Source of the DNA: Nymphaea colorata
Taxonomy: Eukaryota
NCBI RefSeq assembly: GCF_008831285.2
Contig: NC_045138.2
Span: forward strand, 18,352,001-18,416,000
DNA length: 64,000 bases
Direction: 5' to 3'
Positions 37,077-58,771 of the stretch are shown in pieces. The notes under the pieces were generated by a model. The model worked only from the letters and a program-made list of their open reading frames with translations. It had not been told where the DNA came from and did not search any database. The position numbers were made by a program, and so were the translations under genes. Position 1 is the stretch's first letter. The number at the start of each line of letters is the position of its first letter.

Positions 37077-38763
37077 TTAAGACTTGACATTCGATTGTAA
37101 TCCATTGCCACCATAATATTGTTTAGTTGTTACACGCGAAAAGTCTGCAAATGTCATTCCTTCTTTCAGGCGAGCTGAAAGTGGTGGAACCATTATTTGG
37201 ATCTCATAAGCTAAAGAATTAACTTCATCATCAACTTTGTCGATACCATGATCTGAATCAATTTCTCGGGTGCAAGTTGCAACAGGCAATCCTGAGACGG
37301 AAAGCGTCTTGTTCCAAGCCGGTTGAAGGAAGACAACAAAAGTTTCTCTACTTGAGTTTGTCCTTTCCACGGGTCTAGAAACAGAGTGAATAGTCGAGCA
37401 GAGCTTCCCATTAGATAATATTTCAGCTGCTTCTCCAACCTGAATAATAAAACTCTCTGGAGGAGCTCTTACGAAAAGAATTTTCCTGCTTACAGGATCA
37501 AGGATTTGCAAACACGTATGTCCATCCAAAAGATAACACTCAGATGTATGTCCGTCTAACTTGACTTCATTCCTTTCCTTCACCAGCTTCTCATTTTGCA
37601 ACGAGAAAATCGGTGTTGTTAGCACTGTGAAGATGCCATAATCGTAATGCCATTGTTGCCACAAACTGGGCACAGGTGTCTCGCAAGATGTAGCACCACT
37701 TTCAATAACTCGAGTACTTTCGCCCTTCAGCGCAGTCCGAACTGCAGTATCGCCATTTCCCCCACCATATCTTCTGATTTTCTCGCCTTGTTTTGGCACG
37801 AAGAGTGCTTCGATCTTGGTCCTTTACTAATCGACTTCAGCTTCACGACCTCCTTCAGTATCAGCCTATCCCAGCTAGAATGGTAATGAATGAGACGGCC
37901 TTTAGCTGCACAAGATTCCAAAATGCTACATTCAAGCTCGTTACCACCAAATGCCTTATCACACACCTTTGCTAGAAGAAGTCCTAGCTGCATCATGCAA
38001 AACCCTAGCTGCTTAAAAGCATCGCCTAGCATGTCAAATTCATCCTCAACCGAATCAGATGTTTGAACAGCAACAGGATGATCTGTGCGGAACTTAGCCG
38101 CTTCCTTGTTTAGACCTTCTGAATTCAACTTTAAACTCGAATACTTGAGTTGCATCGCGAAAGCCGAGACATTTCTATCGGGGCTCTTCAAAGGAACATC
38201 TGTCCCCAATCCATGATCCTGAGAATTGAATGAAGCAACAGAGATCAGAAAAAATGGACCACCTATTTAGTATCTGGACATATTTTGGTAAGGCTAGCAA
38301 TGTCCGTTTTGGGCGTTCAAACATGTCTACTTCAAAATGGTCGGAACGAAAAGACACGCCATTTCATCTAAACGCAGATCACCATCAAGTATCGTTTCAA
38401 TCGTCATCATTTAACGCGAAGAGGAAACAAAGAAATTCCATTCAAATGACATTTCAGACCGAGGAATGAGCCAGTACAGGGAAACACCTTGAGGATACGA
38501 CGTCGTTTATCATCTTCGACAAGCGCGAGCTTTCGGGCGAAGGAGAGGAGCTTCCGCGAGTTCTCACCGGCGTTCGGTACCCCAATTACCGCCAGCAGTC
38601 CGTGCCCTCCGGGTCCTAGGGTTTCCACGACCGTTCTGGAGATGGAATCGAGCCTTTCCTGAGAAGCAACGGACGTTGATGGTGATGACGAAGACGACGA
38701 TAGGAGAACCAGATCGGAATAATGGAGCTCGAAGGCGTTGAGGATTCCGGCGTCGCCTTCCAT
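37077..38763 (-). CDS. 2-oxoglutarate/Fe(II) oxygenase superfamily-like protein; exons 38763-38488 and 38218-37077, with an apparent 1-nt frameshift near 37760
   Basis: ELHYSDLVLLS...LGPGGHGLLAVIGVP; ILK|DHGLGTDVPLK; KGRLIHYHS; LWQQWHYDYGIFTVLT (HxD); FIIQVGE..ILSNGKLCSTIHSV; RETFVVFLQPAW. Confidence 0.82.
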
Positions 38764-40183
38764 TGGGGAGAGAGAAATGGGTGGGAACCTGGGGAGAGAG
38801 AAATGGCCTGGTTCAATTCAAAATTGGGTTCATATACACGGACGGCTAAAAAATCGGGAAAATATCGCCAAAATAACATGAAGGGCGTAGCTCAAACCAT
38901 GGTTGGCAAATTCTTGATTGGGATTTGGATCCCCGATGACTGGGTCATAAGTTGACTCATAAACTCTTATTCGTCTATTCAGTCAAGTTTTGAAATAATT
39001 CAGACATGTTTTAAAATAATCTGAATATATGAATGGGACGAGTCATGACATATCCAACTTTTCTCAAGCAGTTCAATCAGATAACCGATCCGAATGAAAT
39101 TCACCCCAAAGATATATATTTTTGTAAATTCTTCTGCCAAAAGATTGTGGTGTCCTTTTCAGTGGCAGTCAATTTTTGAACTATATTTGATATTTTTAAA
39201 AAATGAAATTATCTTTTTAATATTATTTTGCTATTAACATCAAACGAGATAGCTGATAGAGGCCCCGTATCCGCCGATATTTGAAAGGGGCCGACACGAG
39301 CGAATGCCGAGTGCACTAACCGACGTTGATAGCATTATTGAGCCATTACTTCAGCAGGCAGCTTGCGCCAAACCCGCTGATGTCTGCCAAAGTTATGGGC
39401 AAGATAGCCGATGCCAGGCATTTCCAGAACTTCATAAATGTGAATTTATGATCAAGATGGTTTTGGCATATGCCACTGCAATTATAGGAAGATGGGACTC
39501 AAATATTTATCAGATGAGAAATATTCACAACCATTCAACCACCTGACGATGTGAACCAGTCCAACAAGGCATGTTTAATGGACTAATTTAAAGTGCGCCC
39601 AAATTACGGGCACGGTAGTTGTTGCCGGGTATTCTCAGACCATTACAAAGATGAAAACTTTGATGATGACAGTTATTACATATACACGTGCAATTTTACA
39701 ATCATGGCTCAAATGTTTGTGAGATTACTACTGTTTACTACAATTCAATTGCTAAATACTTCACATTCCGCTGACACCACCAAGAAACGAACTAGCGGCC
39801 CACCTGCCAGCCGCTAGTTCAATCAGCTTAATCAAACACGTATGTCATTAGCTTTCAGCATCGCCACTGTCTTTCACTTGGCGATCAAAGTCATCTTAAA
39901 ATCACGCGTATATTTGACAATATGGCTTGTTTCTTTTGCCAAACTTTTTCTGGTTAAGAAGTGAAAGACACGTTTCAGGTTTTTTAAGAATGGATTTGAA
40001 AAATTATTAGCGCGAAGTGGGGACTGTTGTAAGGTCCATTGAACAGCGCACCTGGCTTTGGCTGTCGATTTGGAGAACTTTCTAAGCCGCCTTAACACGC
40101 ACACGCAGATCTGGAATCGCAAACTTCTTTCATTTCCATTTCCAAAGAACAGCGTGGTAACGACATTTTCAACCGCATGCATC

Positions 40184-47347
<7,164 letters not shown>

Positions 47348-47372
47348 TTTCTTCTTCAAGAAATAGGAAGTC

Positions 47373-48523
47373 CTGCAAACTTCAAACAGTTGAACCCTGC
47401 CAAAGGAGAACCATGAGGACAGTTCAAACTTAAATAAAAAAAAAATGTAATGTCTAAGTATGCCACCTAACAAAGTAACTATCCACTCTCAAGAATGCAG
47501 AAAGGGAAAAAGATACAGAACGGAAACAAAATCAAGAGTACAGTGTTGGTGAAAAATCAATCACAGGCAGTCAGATTCAAGAATCATGGATGCACCATTC
47601 CAAATGCCCTCATATTAGTGAACAGCGTATTCACATTCACTAGACAAATACAAGAACTTTTCACTAGTCAGACACAACCTGAAAACTAGAGAACTTTAAG
47701 AGGAAAAAAAGGAATTCAAAATGAGAAGCTACAAGACCGTCCTTGTACGAAGGCAGGAATTGGTTTCGGTCATGTTCGGAAAAGGAATGGGAAAAAAAAA
47801 AGAAGGAAATAATCGCCAAGGAACAAGATCAGAAGAAGGAAAAGGGCCTGGCCCTAGATCAATGAATATGTTCAGCTCGAGAACAGGAACGCCAAACAGA
47901 AGAATAAACCAAGGTGACATTCTTAAGCTGGTGAAAACCAAGAGCGAAAGAAAACAGGAGAAAGACCCAACCCGCGAAACTTGCAAGCACAAAACCACAA
48001 AGGGAAACGGCAGGCAACCTCTAAACCACGAAAACTACTATCTTCATTTCCTCTATAAGAACTGAAAGTGAAAAACGAAGCATACACTTTGCGGAAATAA
48101 GTATAGGAAGCCTCCAAGTCTCTAACTTTCTCTCCTTCCCCTTTAAACATACACAAAGACAATGATAATACAAAAGCCATCTATTCACAAATTTCACAAG
48201 CCATTAAGGTTCCTGCTGTACTTTCGTCACTGGACACTTGTCGTCTGAAAACCGTCTAAAAGTACATTGTCCAGACAATCTCACGCATCATAATTATCTC
48301 AACAGAGATGAGGCGGATTTCATGACGTTGATCAAGAATGAAAATTAAAAATGGAAAAATAAAGAGAAACACCTATCGTAACCTAAAGGAGAAATAACAT
48401 CCACCAAATGCTGATGGCGACGCAAAAAGAAGCAGATTAAAGAACGTCTAATGAACGCGATGGGAAACTGGTTTACCGTCTTCATAGCTACCATCCACCT
48501 TTTCCAGCATTTTCCTGAGAGAC

Positions 48524-48561
<38 letters not shown>

Positions 48562-49037
48562 GCGCAAGTTTGGTGGTTGGCGGAATAATATCCAGGAAAA
48601 GGCAGAAAAGGAAAGCATTAAGCTTCAGCTTGCAGCAAGCGCAAACTTCTCTCGAGATAAGCGGCGAAGATACAGAATGCAGATAAATCCTTCATTCGTC
48701 GCCCTCCGAATGTGCGAACGGGAGTGTCTGACGCTTGAGGCCGAGAGTGAGGGGGAGAGAGCTATAAAAAACGAAAAAGAAGAGCAAAACGACGAGAAAA
48801 TGCCATAAAATAAGGAGTAAATCGACCTAAAAGAAAGGTTTTAGCTCGCAGCGCAGGGACAAAGAAATGCAAAAACAAGGGAAATAAATGCAAGAAAAAC
48901 GATAGTGCGTCGTTGTTCGAGCAACCAGCGGAACAAAGTAACGAGGAAGGAAGAAGAAAATTTACGACGAGATTTCTCCTCCTTTCAAGGAATCCAAGAG
49001 AAATTAAAAGAAAAAAGGATCATCACATTGCTGAAAT

Positions 49038-49095
<58 letters not shown>

Positions 49096-49615
49096 AATCA
49101 AGAATAAGATTTTCCTTATTTTAGCAAAAGACAAATAAATGGAGCAATAAATCAAGAAGAACGAGATAAATCTGTCGTTCCATCAAAAACAGGAAAATAG
49201 AAGAAAAAAAAATCACAACACAATCCCAAGAAAAATAATACTCATTTCATCAAAATTAAGAGAAAAATAAAAAGACACAAGTAACACAAAAAGTAAATGA
49301 AAAAGTAGACGCATTAAGCTTCAACTACTTCCGTCAAACTAGAAACGGAAGAGAAAATGCAGAAGAACCCGAGCAAGAAGCAAGAAGAAGCAACAACACA
49401 AGCAAGACGCCGCCTCTTTCCCCGAAACGCGAGGACGACTCAGAAAGAGATCAAAGTACGCGAAGAAGAAACCGAGAGGGAAAAAAAAAACGCACGTAGA
49501 TCACGGAACGGTGCAAAAAAACGAAGACAGAAAAACGACGAGAAAAAGAAACGAAAGGATCACGAGATCGCGATCTCGCCGCAAACATCCAAACGGTGAC
49601 CAGGAGAGGACGTAC
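47373..49615 (-). other. Probable 5'UTR intron of NEK
   Basis: Acceptor TTTGCAG 25 nt upstream of the ATG; candidate donor GCAG|GTACG at 49615; T/CT-rich interior on the minus strand with (CT)n tracts. Confidence 0.45.
49041..49093. repeat. (GA)n microsatellite
   Basis: Direct reading. Confidence 0.9.
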
Positions 49616-52600
49616 CTGCGCCCTCGGATCCGATGGAACCAGGAATGTCTCCGTTCGGCGACGAAAATTTACGCATCCTCCACTTGCGCAGAACGAAATG
49701 CAGAGAGAAGACGGCCGATCTTCTCCCGCTCGTCTTCTTCCATTCTTCCCGGGGGAAGGAGCGGCAAAGCACGAGAAGCAAAGCGAGCGTTCAAACTTCA
49801 AACTGTCGTCTCCTTTCGCTTTCTTTTTTATCGCTCTCACTTTTCATCTTTTCCTTCCCTCTTCCCCCGCCTGTTCTTTCTCTCTCCCCAGGCTTTAACT
49901 TTAACTTCATCTGCGATCGTGGTCTTAATGAAATGAGAAATATATTCAGGCGTTCACTTGGAAATCAAGTCTTGGTGCCACATGGAAGCAATGTTTGAAG
50001 CCTGAAGTCCATCGACGGCCCCTCCCACTGATTCTGTGCACGTGCCAGTACGACAACGCCGGCTTGATCTTCACGTACTCATCGGTTTTTTAGGATCTCG
50101 GATTCGGAGACTTGGGGGGAAACATGTTCTGTCGTCTGTTATTTTCTCCACTGTTCAGCATTACACCGTTGGTGCCACTGTTCTCAGTTCGTTCTCCGGC
50201 CCGCGGTACATTCGTATCGGCCACTCAATGTTAACCGATACAGAAAAGCGAGACGTTAATCTCTCTCAAATTTATGGTAAATTCATGGAACAAGTGCATA
50301 TTGTTTCTAATGCTAAACAACCTCTAATTAACGAATTAGAAGTGTTTCATTTCTTGGAATACAATATCCCATAAAAATGAAATACTTTTTGTAAGAGAAT
50401 GTTGTAAGCAATCAAACACCACCTTCATTAAATGCCTCACTCTTTTCTTAGCAAGAGAATGTTGCATCTTCAATCCATTATTCAGGCTTTGTGAATATGC
50501 CCTTTGTGAAGACATTAAGTTTGAGAACCAATAAGGAAATCATTTTGTTCTATACAGGAAGACTGGCTGCCATGCTTTCCTGGCTCTTTTTTGTTGTTTT
50601 CTTTGCCTAGCAAGTCCAAACTTCAAGCACCATGTGAAAGCCCAATGCGCAGACTGACAACATTTTGGTTATAATTTTATATAGTAAAAAACTATTTCAG
50701 ATCAACCTCAAAGTCACGGGTTTAAGATTCATATAGTAGCATGTTCTAAATCATGAGCTATAAAAGTTGAAGACTATTTAGGCATAATGCATTTCATTAA
50801 TATTGCATTAAAATTTTCTTTTTTCGCGCAACTTATTGATTGCGCCAACCATGGGAAGGAATATTAGGGTCCCTCTAACCAAAATCCCCCCCAAAAGTCT
50901 TTTCATCATTTATGATATAAAGGAAAGTACAATATTTAAAAGAGCAGGCTAATCGGTACTATGGTGGACCGGAAAGTGTCTCGGATTTGGTTGGGTTAAA
51001 TGTATCGAGTCGTATCGGGTACAAATGGGGACCTCGTTTGACTCGAGCAAAGCGGAGTGTGTCCTGTGAATTTTTTCACCAGAACAGAAGACTCTGCTCA
51101 CTTGGTGAAAAGGACGGACTGGCTTGACCTGAACGTGATCACGATGTCATTTTCCTTTTTTGCCCAAAGGAGTGAGTGAGGTGCGTGGCGCCTGACGCGG
51201 TGTGGTTTTTTGCCGGTCCAAGTGCCGACCGGATCGACCTCCGCTTTGATGGTTGGTCCGCACGGTCACGAGCCCCAAGAGAACGACACCAGGTTTACCC
51301 AAATCGCCCTCGCCCTATTTCCCTATAGACAAGAACGCGCATGCTACTAGAAATCGCTTCAATGCCCGGTTGGATCTTCGGGTTTCAGATCCGGAGAAGA
51401 TTTCGTCTTCTGAAAATCATTGACGACTACGGCTAGGATCCAAATCCAATGGATTTACGATCCGACCGAGACGGGAAACAGATCCAAGTGGAGTGCCCAT
51501 GATGCGATACGCGGATGGCATTTTAGTCCGAAACGATAAAGGAAAAGTTCTCATTGCTTTAAGACCATTCACGTGGATAATCAAATTCTCGGTCGCCGTT
51601 GATCACGGATTTCTCGGGGGACGCAGATTCCTTTTTGCGGAACTCGGGTCCGGTAGGTCCGGATCCAAAACAATGAAGCGGGACTGTCACTGCGAGAAGG
51701 GAAACCCATTTCGGGTTTGGATCGGGTCAGGTTATTTGCACTGCTTCGTACTAGGAGCGAGTTTGATGGAGATTGCACGAGAACCTATACAATTCGTTTG
51801 GTATCAGTTCTAGAAAGGAAGATATCTCCGAGCATGGATACTGGTAAGCAATGAAATCAGAGCATGGGAACGAGATCCAAGTGGGGTCCATATCCATCTC
51901 AATAATTTCCTGCAAACAGAGCGTATTTCTTGCCCGACGGAAGAAAAGGGGTCCATGTTCGTCTTTATTGATATGCTACCGCAACCCATGTGACTGCTGG
52001 AAAAGTAGCCCCAATATATGGATCTATTCAGAAGTTGGATCTTTATCGGATCCAGCCAAAACAGGTCTGTTTGATTCTGGATCCATAGAATAATCTAGCT
52101 TTGGAGTCACCTTCGTCAAATCAGTAAATTGATAACTTCCTTTTTGACCTACAAGTGAGTTGTAAGAAAATGATGAAATGTATTGGGATTGGATATCCAT
52201 GCCATGGCCGAGTTCAAGTCTTGTTATGGTGACCCAATTTCTTAAGAGGAGTGTTGTGGGATTTGGTTTTGGATCTGGATCGAGCCGTTAACATGGGCCC
52301 GCATCCACGAACGTGTCAGTCGTACAAAACTTGGAAGATGCTAAGCTGACAGCAAAGAAGTGTGGGAGAAGGGGAAGGAAGGAAAGATCCGTTCTGGTTC
52401 ATCACCAATGGAACCCACCTGACACTCAACAGACCCTTGTCTTAAAAAGAGGTAAGGGAGTTAGTTGTACTCTCAGACGCATTTACTGTGGTCCACCTTA
52501 GTGCCCTACCAGGGTCTATCGAACAAGTTTATATATATATATATATACCAGAGAGAGAGAGAAAGAGAGAGAGAGTGGATCCAAACTAAAACTTGTCAGG

Positions 52601-52642
52601 TTAGCAGGCTTTGGAAAGTGACTCAAATTTCTGACTTCCAGT

Positions 52643-53050
52643 TAGGGGTGGACACGAGCGAATCATCGAGCCTGAGTTCAGTCAGTTCGAACTTGACTTG
52701 ACTAATAAAACCTTGAGCTCGAGAATAGTTCAACGAAAGCAGCTCGAGCTCGACTCGATTAAGGCTCCACAAACTCGTTTGAATATAATCGATATTCATC
52801 GTTACATGTTGTGTTTAAGCTCGACTCGATTAAGGCTCCACAAACTCGGTAACTCGTTTGAATATATCGACTTGATTAAGGCTCGACAAACTCGATTAAG
52901 GCTAGAGCTCGACTAGGCAGTTATGTGTTGACCTCGAACTCAACTCGATTATCTGAACGAATCGACTAATGAACTCGAGCTCGACTCGTTAAGCAAATGA
53001 CTTGGCTCAAACTCGTTCACGAGCCGAGCCGAGCTCGTTGTTCACCCCTA
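52643..53050. mobile_element. hAT MITE (CGAGCT-rich family), 408 bp
   Basis: TIRs TAGGGGTGGACACGAGC / GCTCGTTGTTCACCCCTA; flanks CTTCCAGT and CTTCCTGC match at 6 of 8. Confidence 0.8.
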
Positions 53051-54820
53051 CTTCCTGCAATCGCTTACTAGTATTCAATGAGGCGGGCCTAGGGCCGTAG
53101 AAACCAGAGTAGGGCACAAAAATCTTTTGTCTTGTTTGAGTTCACCACCTGTCGTTCTGGTGGATAAGCATCAATTTACTCTCTTAAACTGTGCCGACTA
53201 GCTCTCTGTCATCCCCATTCCTTTGCTACCGCTTTTAACAGGGAATGCATTAAGTTGTTATAATGAAAACTAAATGGCATATATGGATGTCACCCTTAAA
53301 TGCGTTTTGAAGGCAAAGCATCATTTTGCCTTTAATATGGTGTTTAAAGCGCGATTGAATGACTGACAAAGCTGGGTTTGTGATCTGATGAGATGCCAAT
53401 TCGCATAAAATGTTGTTTTGCCTTGTTGGCTAAACATAAGAAACCAGGCTTCAAAAAAACTAAGGCTGACTGACATACCACGAACTGTGGTTTTAACATA
53501 ATACATAAGAGGGAATGGTTTCCGGTGATTTTGTAATGTTGATTATCTTTGAAAACATACCATGTGGGTGACATTTATGGTGAAGCAACTTATGGATGAT
53601 GAATTCCCAAAGAATAATGAGAAGGATGTTGACGGGATGAGAAAAAATCCAATTTGTTTTCCATTGGTTTGGAAAGGGAAGGACCATGAAAAGTGGCAGG
53701 CTTGAGAAGCACAAAGGAATGCCCGAATCAATTCTTTAGACGTGGTCGGGGTTTAATAATAAAGGGTCCAACTTAACAAACTTGGGTAGTGTTTAATAAA
53801 ATGTTTGATGAGGCAGAAACCAATTATTCGGAATTTGGATCCATTATCATCTAACTATGTTACTAATTTGAAGTTAGCTGGGTTAATTAAACATTAATAA
53901 CCAGCACTCAAACATGCTGTCAATTAGGCATGGTAACCTGCTGTTAAGGGGTCATTTCTTAGTCACCGGGAAAGCGATTTACCGAGAAAGACTGCGAGGA
54001 TGGGAAACTGATTCATAAGAAAATGCAGAGTTTTTTGTTTGATGGGTGTGTTTCACAGGCTTTTTCTCATGGAAATGTCTAGCTATTTCACTGCATGCGA
54101 GAAATCAGTCCGCATTTCGCGAGCAAGAGGCATGCTTTTCATAAGAAAAATATCATAGAAAGAAGCACCGCCCTGGGGAGGAAGAGAAAGAAAAAGAGGA
54201 ACATCCTTCAAGTAAACCGCAATACAAAAACCATCAACTCTGGATCCACTGGACATGCTTCTCACCATGTTGTTGCTTCAAAATATGGAAATAATACAAC
54301 TTAAATCATATCTTCAATCAAAACGAATGATTTCACATGGGGACTGTCTAGTAATGTTCTTGAATTGGAGTGCAGTGCTTGGACAAAGGACATGGACCCT
54401 CCACTTGGGCATCAGACCACTTGGGGAAGGAACATTTACTCTTGTCTGGATTGATCTTTACAAGTGAAGCAAATTGGTAGGGCACCTGGACAGCAATGTG
54501 GCTTTGCATAAAAGTAAGATGAGAAGGAAATGAAAGGATGTAGACAAGGAGAAGGAAAGAGGAAAGAAGAAGGCAAGGAGCAAGTATGTTAACAACCACA
54601 AAGGTAGCAAAGGACCCCAAAATTTTCTCAGCTGTGGGTGAGGTTGCAGGGAAAGTAAGTCCCATGTGGGGATGGCCAAAAAAGGACAGGGCAAGGTGGT
54701 GACTGGCTTGTCCACATCTTGGCTCGGCCACGGGGCGGTGCATCCATGTGCATGCTAGCTAGTAGAGACACTGTGTTTCATGCTAACAAACAAGGCATAA
54801 ACATGAAAGGGACCTATTAT

Positions 54821-54854
<34 letters not shown>

Positions 54855-54866
54855 ACTAGGGCAATT

Positions 54867-55035
54867 TGGATCTATGCAGGCATGTTGAGTCTAACCTAAT
54901 TATCTACTTGGATCTGGACCTATGCATGTTGAGTGTAGCCTAATCTACTTGGTTAGTCTGGACCTATATATGTTGAGTCTAACCTAATCTACTCCATCAA
55001 TTTGGACCTGCGGGAAATGTTGAGTCTATCCTAAT
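54867..55035. repeat. ~45-bp tandem repeat, about 4 copies
   Basis: Recurrent TGGACCTAT..ATGTTGAGTCTAACCTAAT unit. Confidence 0.75.
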
Positions 55036-55874
55036 AGGTTCATTTAAGCTTCGTAAGGTTCACACTTGGGATCGGATCGAACAGGAAGGAGGCGACACCC
55101 ACTCTCACTGATCTAGCTGCAATAAATTTTGCACCTATCTAGATAGGATTATCCATTTAATTTGGCTTCCTGGCTAAATATATAATCGGAATGTGATTAT
55201 CAATTGGATCCTAGGTGCATTACTTAAATTTAACAAATCGGATCTCAATTAAAGCAGATGTTGTGCCTTCATCACCAAATGATAGATCTGTGAATGATTG
55301 CTCCGACATTAACATGATAAGGTTCATCTAATCAGACTGGAGTTATGAAATTGGAGTATTATTTTGTTGGTTCCATCAGTGGACCATATATGGGACCGAT
55401 TCAGGATCTGGATGTAAAATGTAAAGCACATGACTAATTGATAAGCAATTGGATCTAACTTTCCTAAGCATGAAGAACATCTGATCTTTGCAAACATATC
55501 CAGGTCAACCCAATACAAGGTAATGACTAAGTTTTCTCCCTTCAAATGCGAAGCCCAATTTTAGTTACTGACTGATTAACAATCACTCATGATAATGGCA
55601 ACATCTAACCTGAACCCCAATTGCAATTGGATCCACATAAAAGCAATGTATATGGATTCATCGAGCCACAACTAAAGGTCATTTGCTTTCTGTTGAGAAT
55701 AATCAAATAATGTACATCAATTATGGGAAGCATTGGTAGGGTTGCACCATGTACACCCTTTTCCATGTGAGTCCCACTCTTCAGTTGCCTGATTGGTGCC
55801 CATGAAGAACCCCAATTCAGCATCTGTGAGGGAACCACATTTTCTTAGAGGTATGGAGATACCCTGAACTGAAG

Positions 55875-56155
55875 CAGTGGCGGAGCCAGATTTTTTTTGC
55901 TATGGGGCACTATGTACTAGTACCTTGGACTGTCTTGAGTTGGCGTGGGCAGGCGCTCATGCTGGCTCCGCTACTGCTATAAGCAGTTGAGTTTCTTTCT
56001 CGTGCATGTGAAATGCCCATAATTTTAATTTTATGAAAAGGAAAACAGAAGCCAAAGCCAGTACATGCACGAACATTATGCAGACAAAAACGTGGAGCTA
56101 TCTTGGGCTGGCAAGGGCAGGCGCCCACGCCAGCCCCACGCTGGCTCCGCTACTG
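55875..56155. mobile_element. Short hAT-like MITE remnant(s)
   Basis: Left TIR CAGTGGCGGAGCCAG and two right TIRs CTGGCTCCGCTACTG (ending 55976 and 56155); no clean TSD. Confidence 0.55.
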
Positions 56156-56665
56156 CCAAGAAGCCGAAGCGCTCAACACACCCCTTTGTCTGCCCCCGGG
56201 GTCCAGGGCTACTACAATTTTAGTGATTGGGTCCCCAATGAAAAACCCGATACTCATTATTACATTATATTCTCCATGCACATCACCGTTGCACACAAAG
56301 ACAAATCGTGGTTACTGAAGTTGGAATATGAGTGAAGTGGTCTTCTAGTTGAGTTCCGAAAGTTAAACTCTTCTCGTTCTTGTCTCTAAATTTATTCACA
56401 AGCCAGTAAACGTAACGTACACCTAACGCTGCAAATCGGAACTCCGAATATGTGGACCGATTGATTATGATTTCCCTTATGAGACCCTGATCTTCCCATG
56501 AATCGAATATTGCTAGCTGATTCACGAAAGGAAAAACATTAGTATATGCATGAAACATATAATGTTTTGTTTCAAAGCCCCAAGGAACAGAATTTTGAGT
56601 ATAAACCTAGCCTTCATGTCATCATGTATTTTAAATGTTAGTTATATATACTACATTATATATAT

Positions 56666-56709
<44 letters not shown>

Positions 56710-56785
56710 CATGTATTTTAAATGTTAGTTATATATACTACATTAAACACACACACACACACATATATAAACACCCAGTTATATG

Positions 56786-56838
<53 letters not shown>

Positions 56839-58164
56839 TGTAGGGGGGATTTCAGAACTAATGCCGATCATGTGCGTACGAGTAGCTTGCTTCTGCTGAC
56901 ATTTTTCGGCTGAGTTGGGAAGTCAAGCCTTGTATCTAAAAACAACTCAGGATTGGGTTTTATAATCCCATCTTAAGCATGTATAGACATGGCATATTTG
57001 CTAAAGTATGAAGGCAAGAAATTTGATGATCAAGCTTGTAACATTGCTTCAACTCCTTCGTCGTCTTATATAGAATTTGAATATTTCTTTAAAATTGATT
57101 AGCAACCCTCGTATGAAACTTAATTCTTCTAAAAATATACAAGGAAGGACTCTTGTCACTCCCAAGACTGTTTAGCAAGGGAAACATTTTATGCTTCTCA
57201 ATTTGTGGCTCGGCAACAACGCTCACCCATTTATATTGATGAAAATATAAGAGGCAACGTATTCAGCTATGATGAAAATAAAAATGTTTCTTATATTGAT
57301 TCTAGGTCTAGTCCATAACCTACTTTTTATATTCAATTTCAATTAAGAATCTCATGCATTTGATTCTTGTGAGCACTATTTCTCTGAACTACAAATGGTG
57401 TAGACACTAACCTTGAGTTAAAGGAAGTAAACCTAAGTTCACCCAAGTCTCAAAGCAGCCCTAGATCCCCAAAGATTGGGAAAAGAGGGGAGGATCTTCG
57501 GCCTCTTTTGGGTATCTCCATGCCTCTTAAGTTACTTCTACCTTACTGGATCGATGTAAGTACTGTATCAAATAATTCGACTGGATACGAACCACTGCAA
57601 ATCGATCAGTGTTAGGTATTGTTTTCATAATTGAACTTGGACTATGAACTACATAAGGGGTTTCCAACATCAAGAATACGGGTCTTGGATAAGAATCATT
57701 ACCACCAAAATCAGTATCCTTTTCCTTTATCTACAAGTTAGTTCCAGATAGAACCCCCACCAAATGTTCCACCCAACTCTAGACATTGACCTATTCCAAC
57801 TTGAACGTCCAAAATCCAACTCCTTAGTCAGGTGGAATCTAATTTGAAGACCTTGAAATCGATGTCCCTCAGGTTGAATTCAATGAAGCAGTACTACAAT
57901 TATGATACCACATGCAATTAATGCATGTGCATTTTCTCGGATATTTTGATGTTAAATGTGATAATTTTTTATTAATTCTATAGTTCAAGTACACACTGTG
58001 TGTGGCCTCTATATGCCTGCACATGTGTGTGTTTGTAACTAGTAAGGAGTGTGTAGATGATACTGGAATCTCCGTGTCTAATCATGTGCATGTTACAATA
58101 GAAAAACTGTGCATCGTAATATGCATAACAATTATATCTTACCCACCGCATTTAGCATTTTGAC

Positions 58165-58587
58165 TGGGGTGTCATTGGATCAGATTCAAATTGATTATCT
58201 GACTGAACTGTTTTAGGTAAGTAATTGGATCTGAAAAAAAATTTATCGTTTAATTCAGAATCGGATTGAATTCAGTTTTAAGAAATGAGATTTGATTGAA
58301 TTCAGATTCAGATTCAGATTCAGCTTTAAACAAGGATCGAATCAATATGTCCACTAAAATTTCCTATATTCAATATCTAAACGTATCATAATTTTGAGTT
58401 TAGATTCAATTATGGATTTACAATCAGGTAATTCTGATTAGATTTATATGTGACTTTAAAAGTTGCATTTGGATATAGAATATACTTTTCTTCATTTGAA
58501 TTCATTAATTCTAAACATATGAGCATCCAATAAATTGGAAATGGTAAAGAGAACATTGGGTTTTAACTGGATCCATTAGCATTCTTA
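58165..58587. mobile_element. Degenerate hAT-like MITE (ATCC/GGAT-rich family)
   Basis: GGGGTGTCATTGGATC ... GATCCATTAGCATTCTTA; TCAGAT repeats. Confidence 0.5.
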
Positions 58588-58771
58588 GGTCTCACGCGAA
58601 CTCCATAGATCCTATCCATTTTCTCTAGACCCAGTAATGGACTCTGATTCAGACTGCATCCAGCTTCAGCTCATAAACATACAAGTTCAAATCTCATAGG
58701 CCTGCAAGGCTTACTATAAAACTGAATCCAGTTATTCTTTAAACCGTATAAGTGTGCATATGGTTTATATG

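Noticed and set aside
47721..49998. Several 80-140 aa ORFs upstream of NEK
   Set aside because: Compositionally biased leader or intron sequence with no domains.
53100..54800. Possible conserved miRNA or small-peptide gene
   Set aside because: No match by eye to conserved miRNA families or to CLE/CEP/DVL/IDA motifs.
54867..55035. Repeat-spacer-like array
   Set aside because: Degenerate plant minisatellite without unique spacers or cas genes; not CRISPR.
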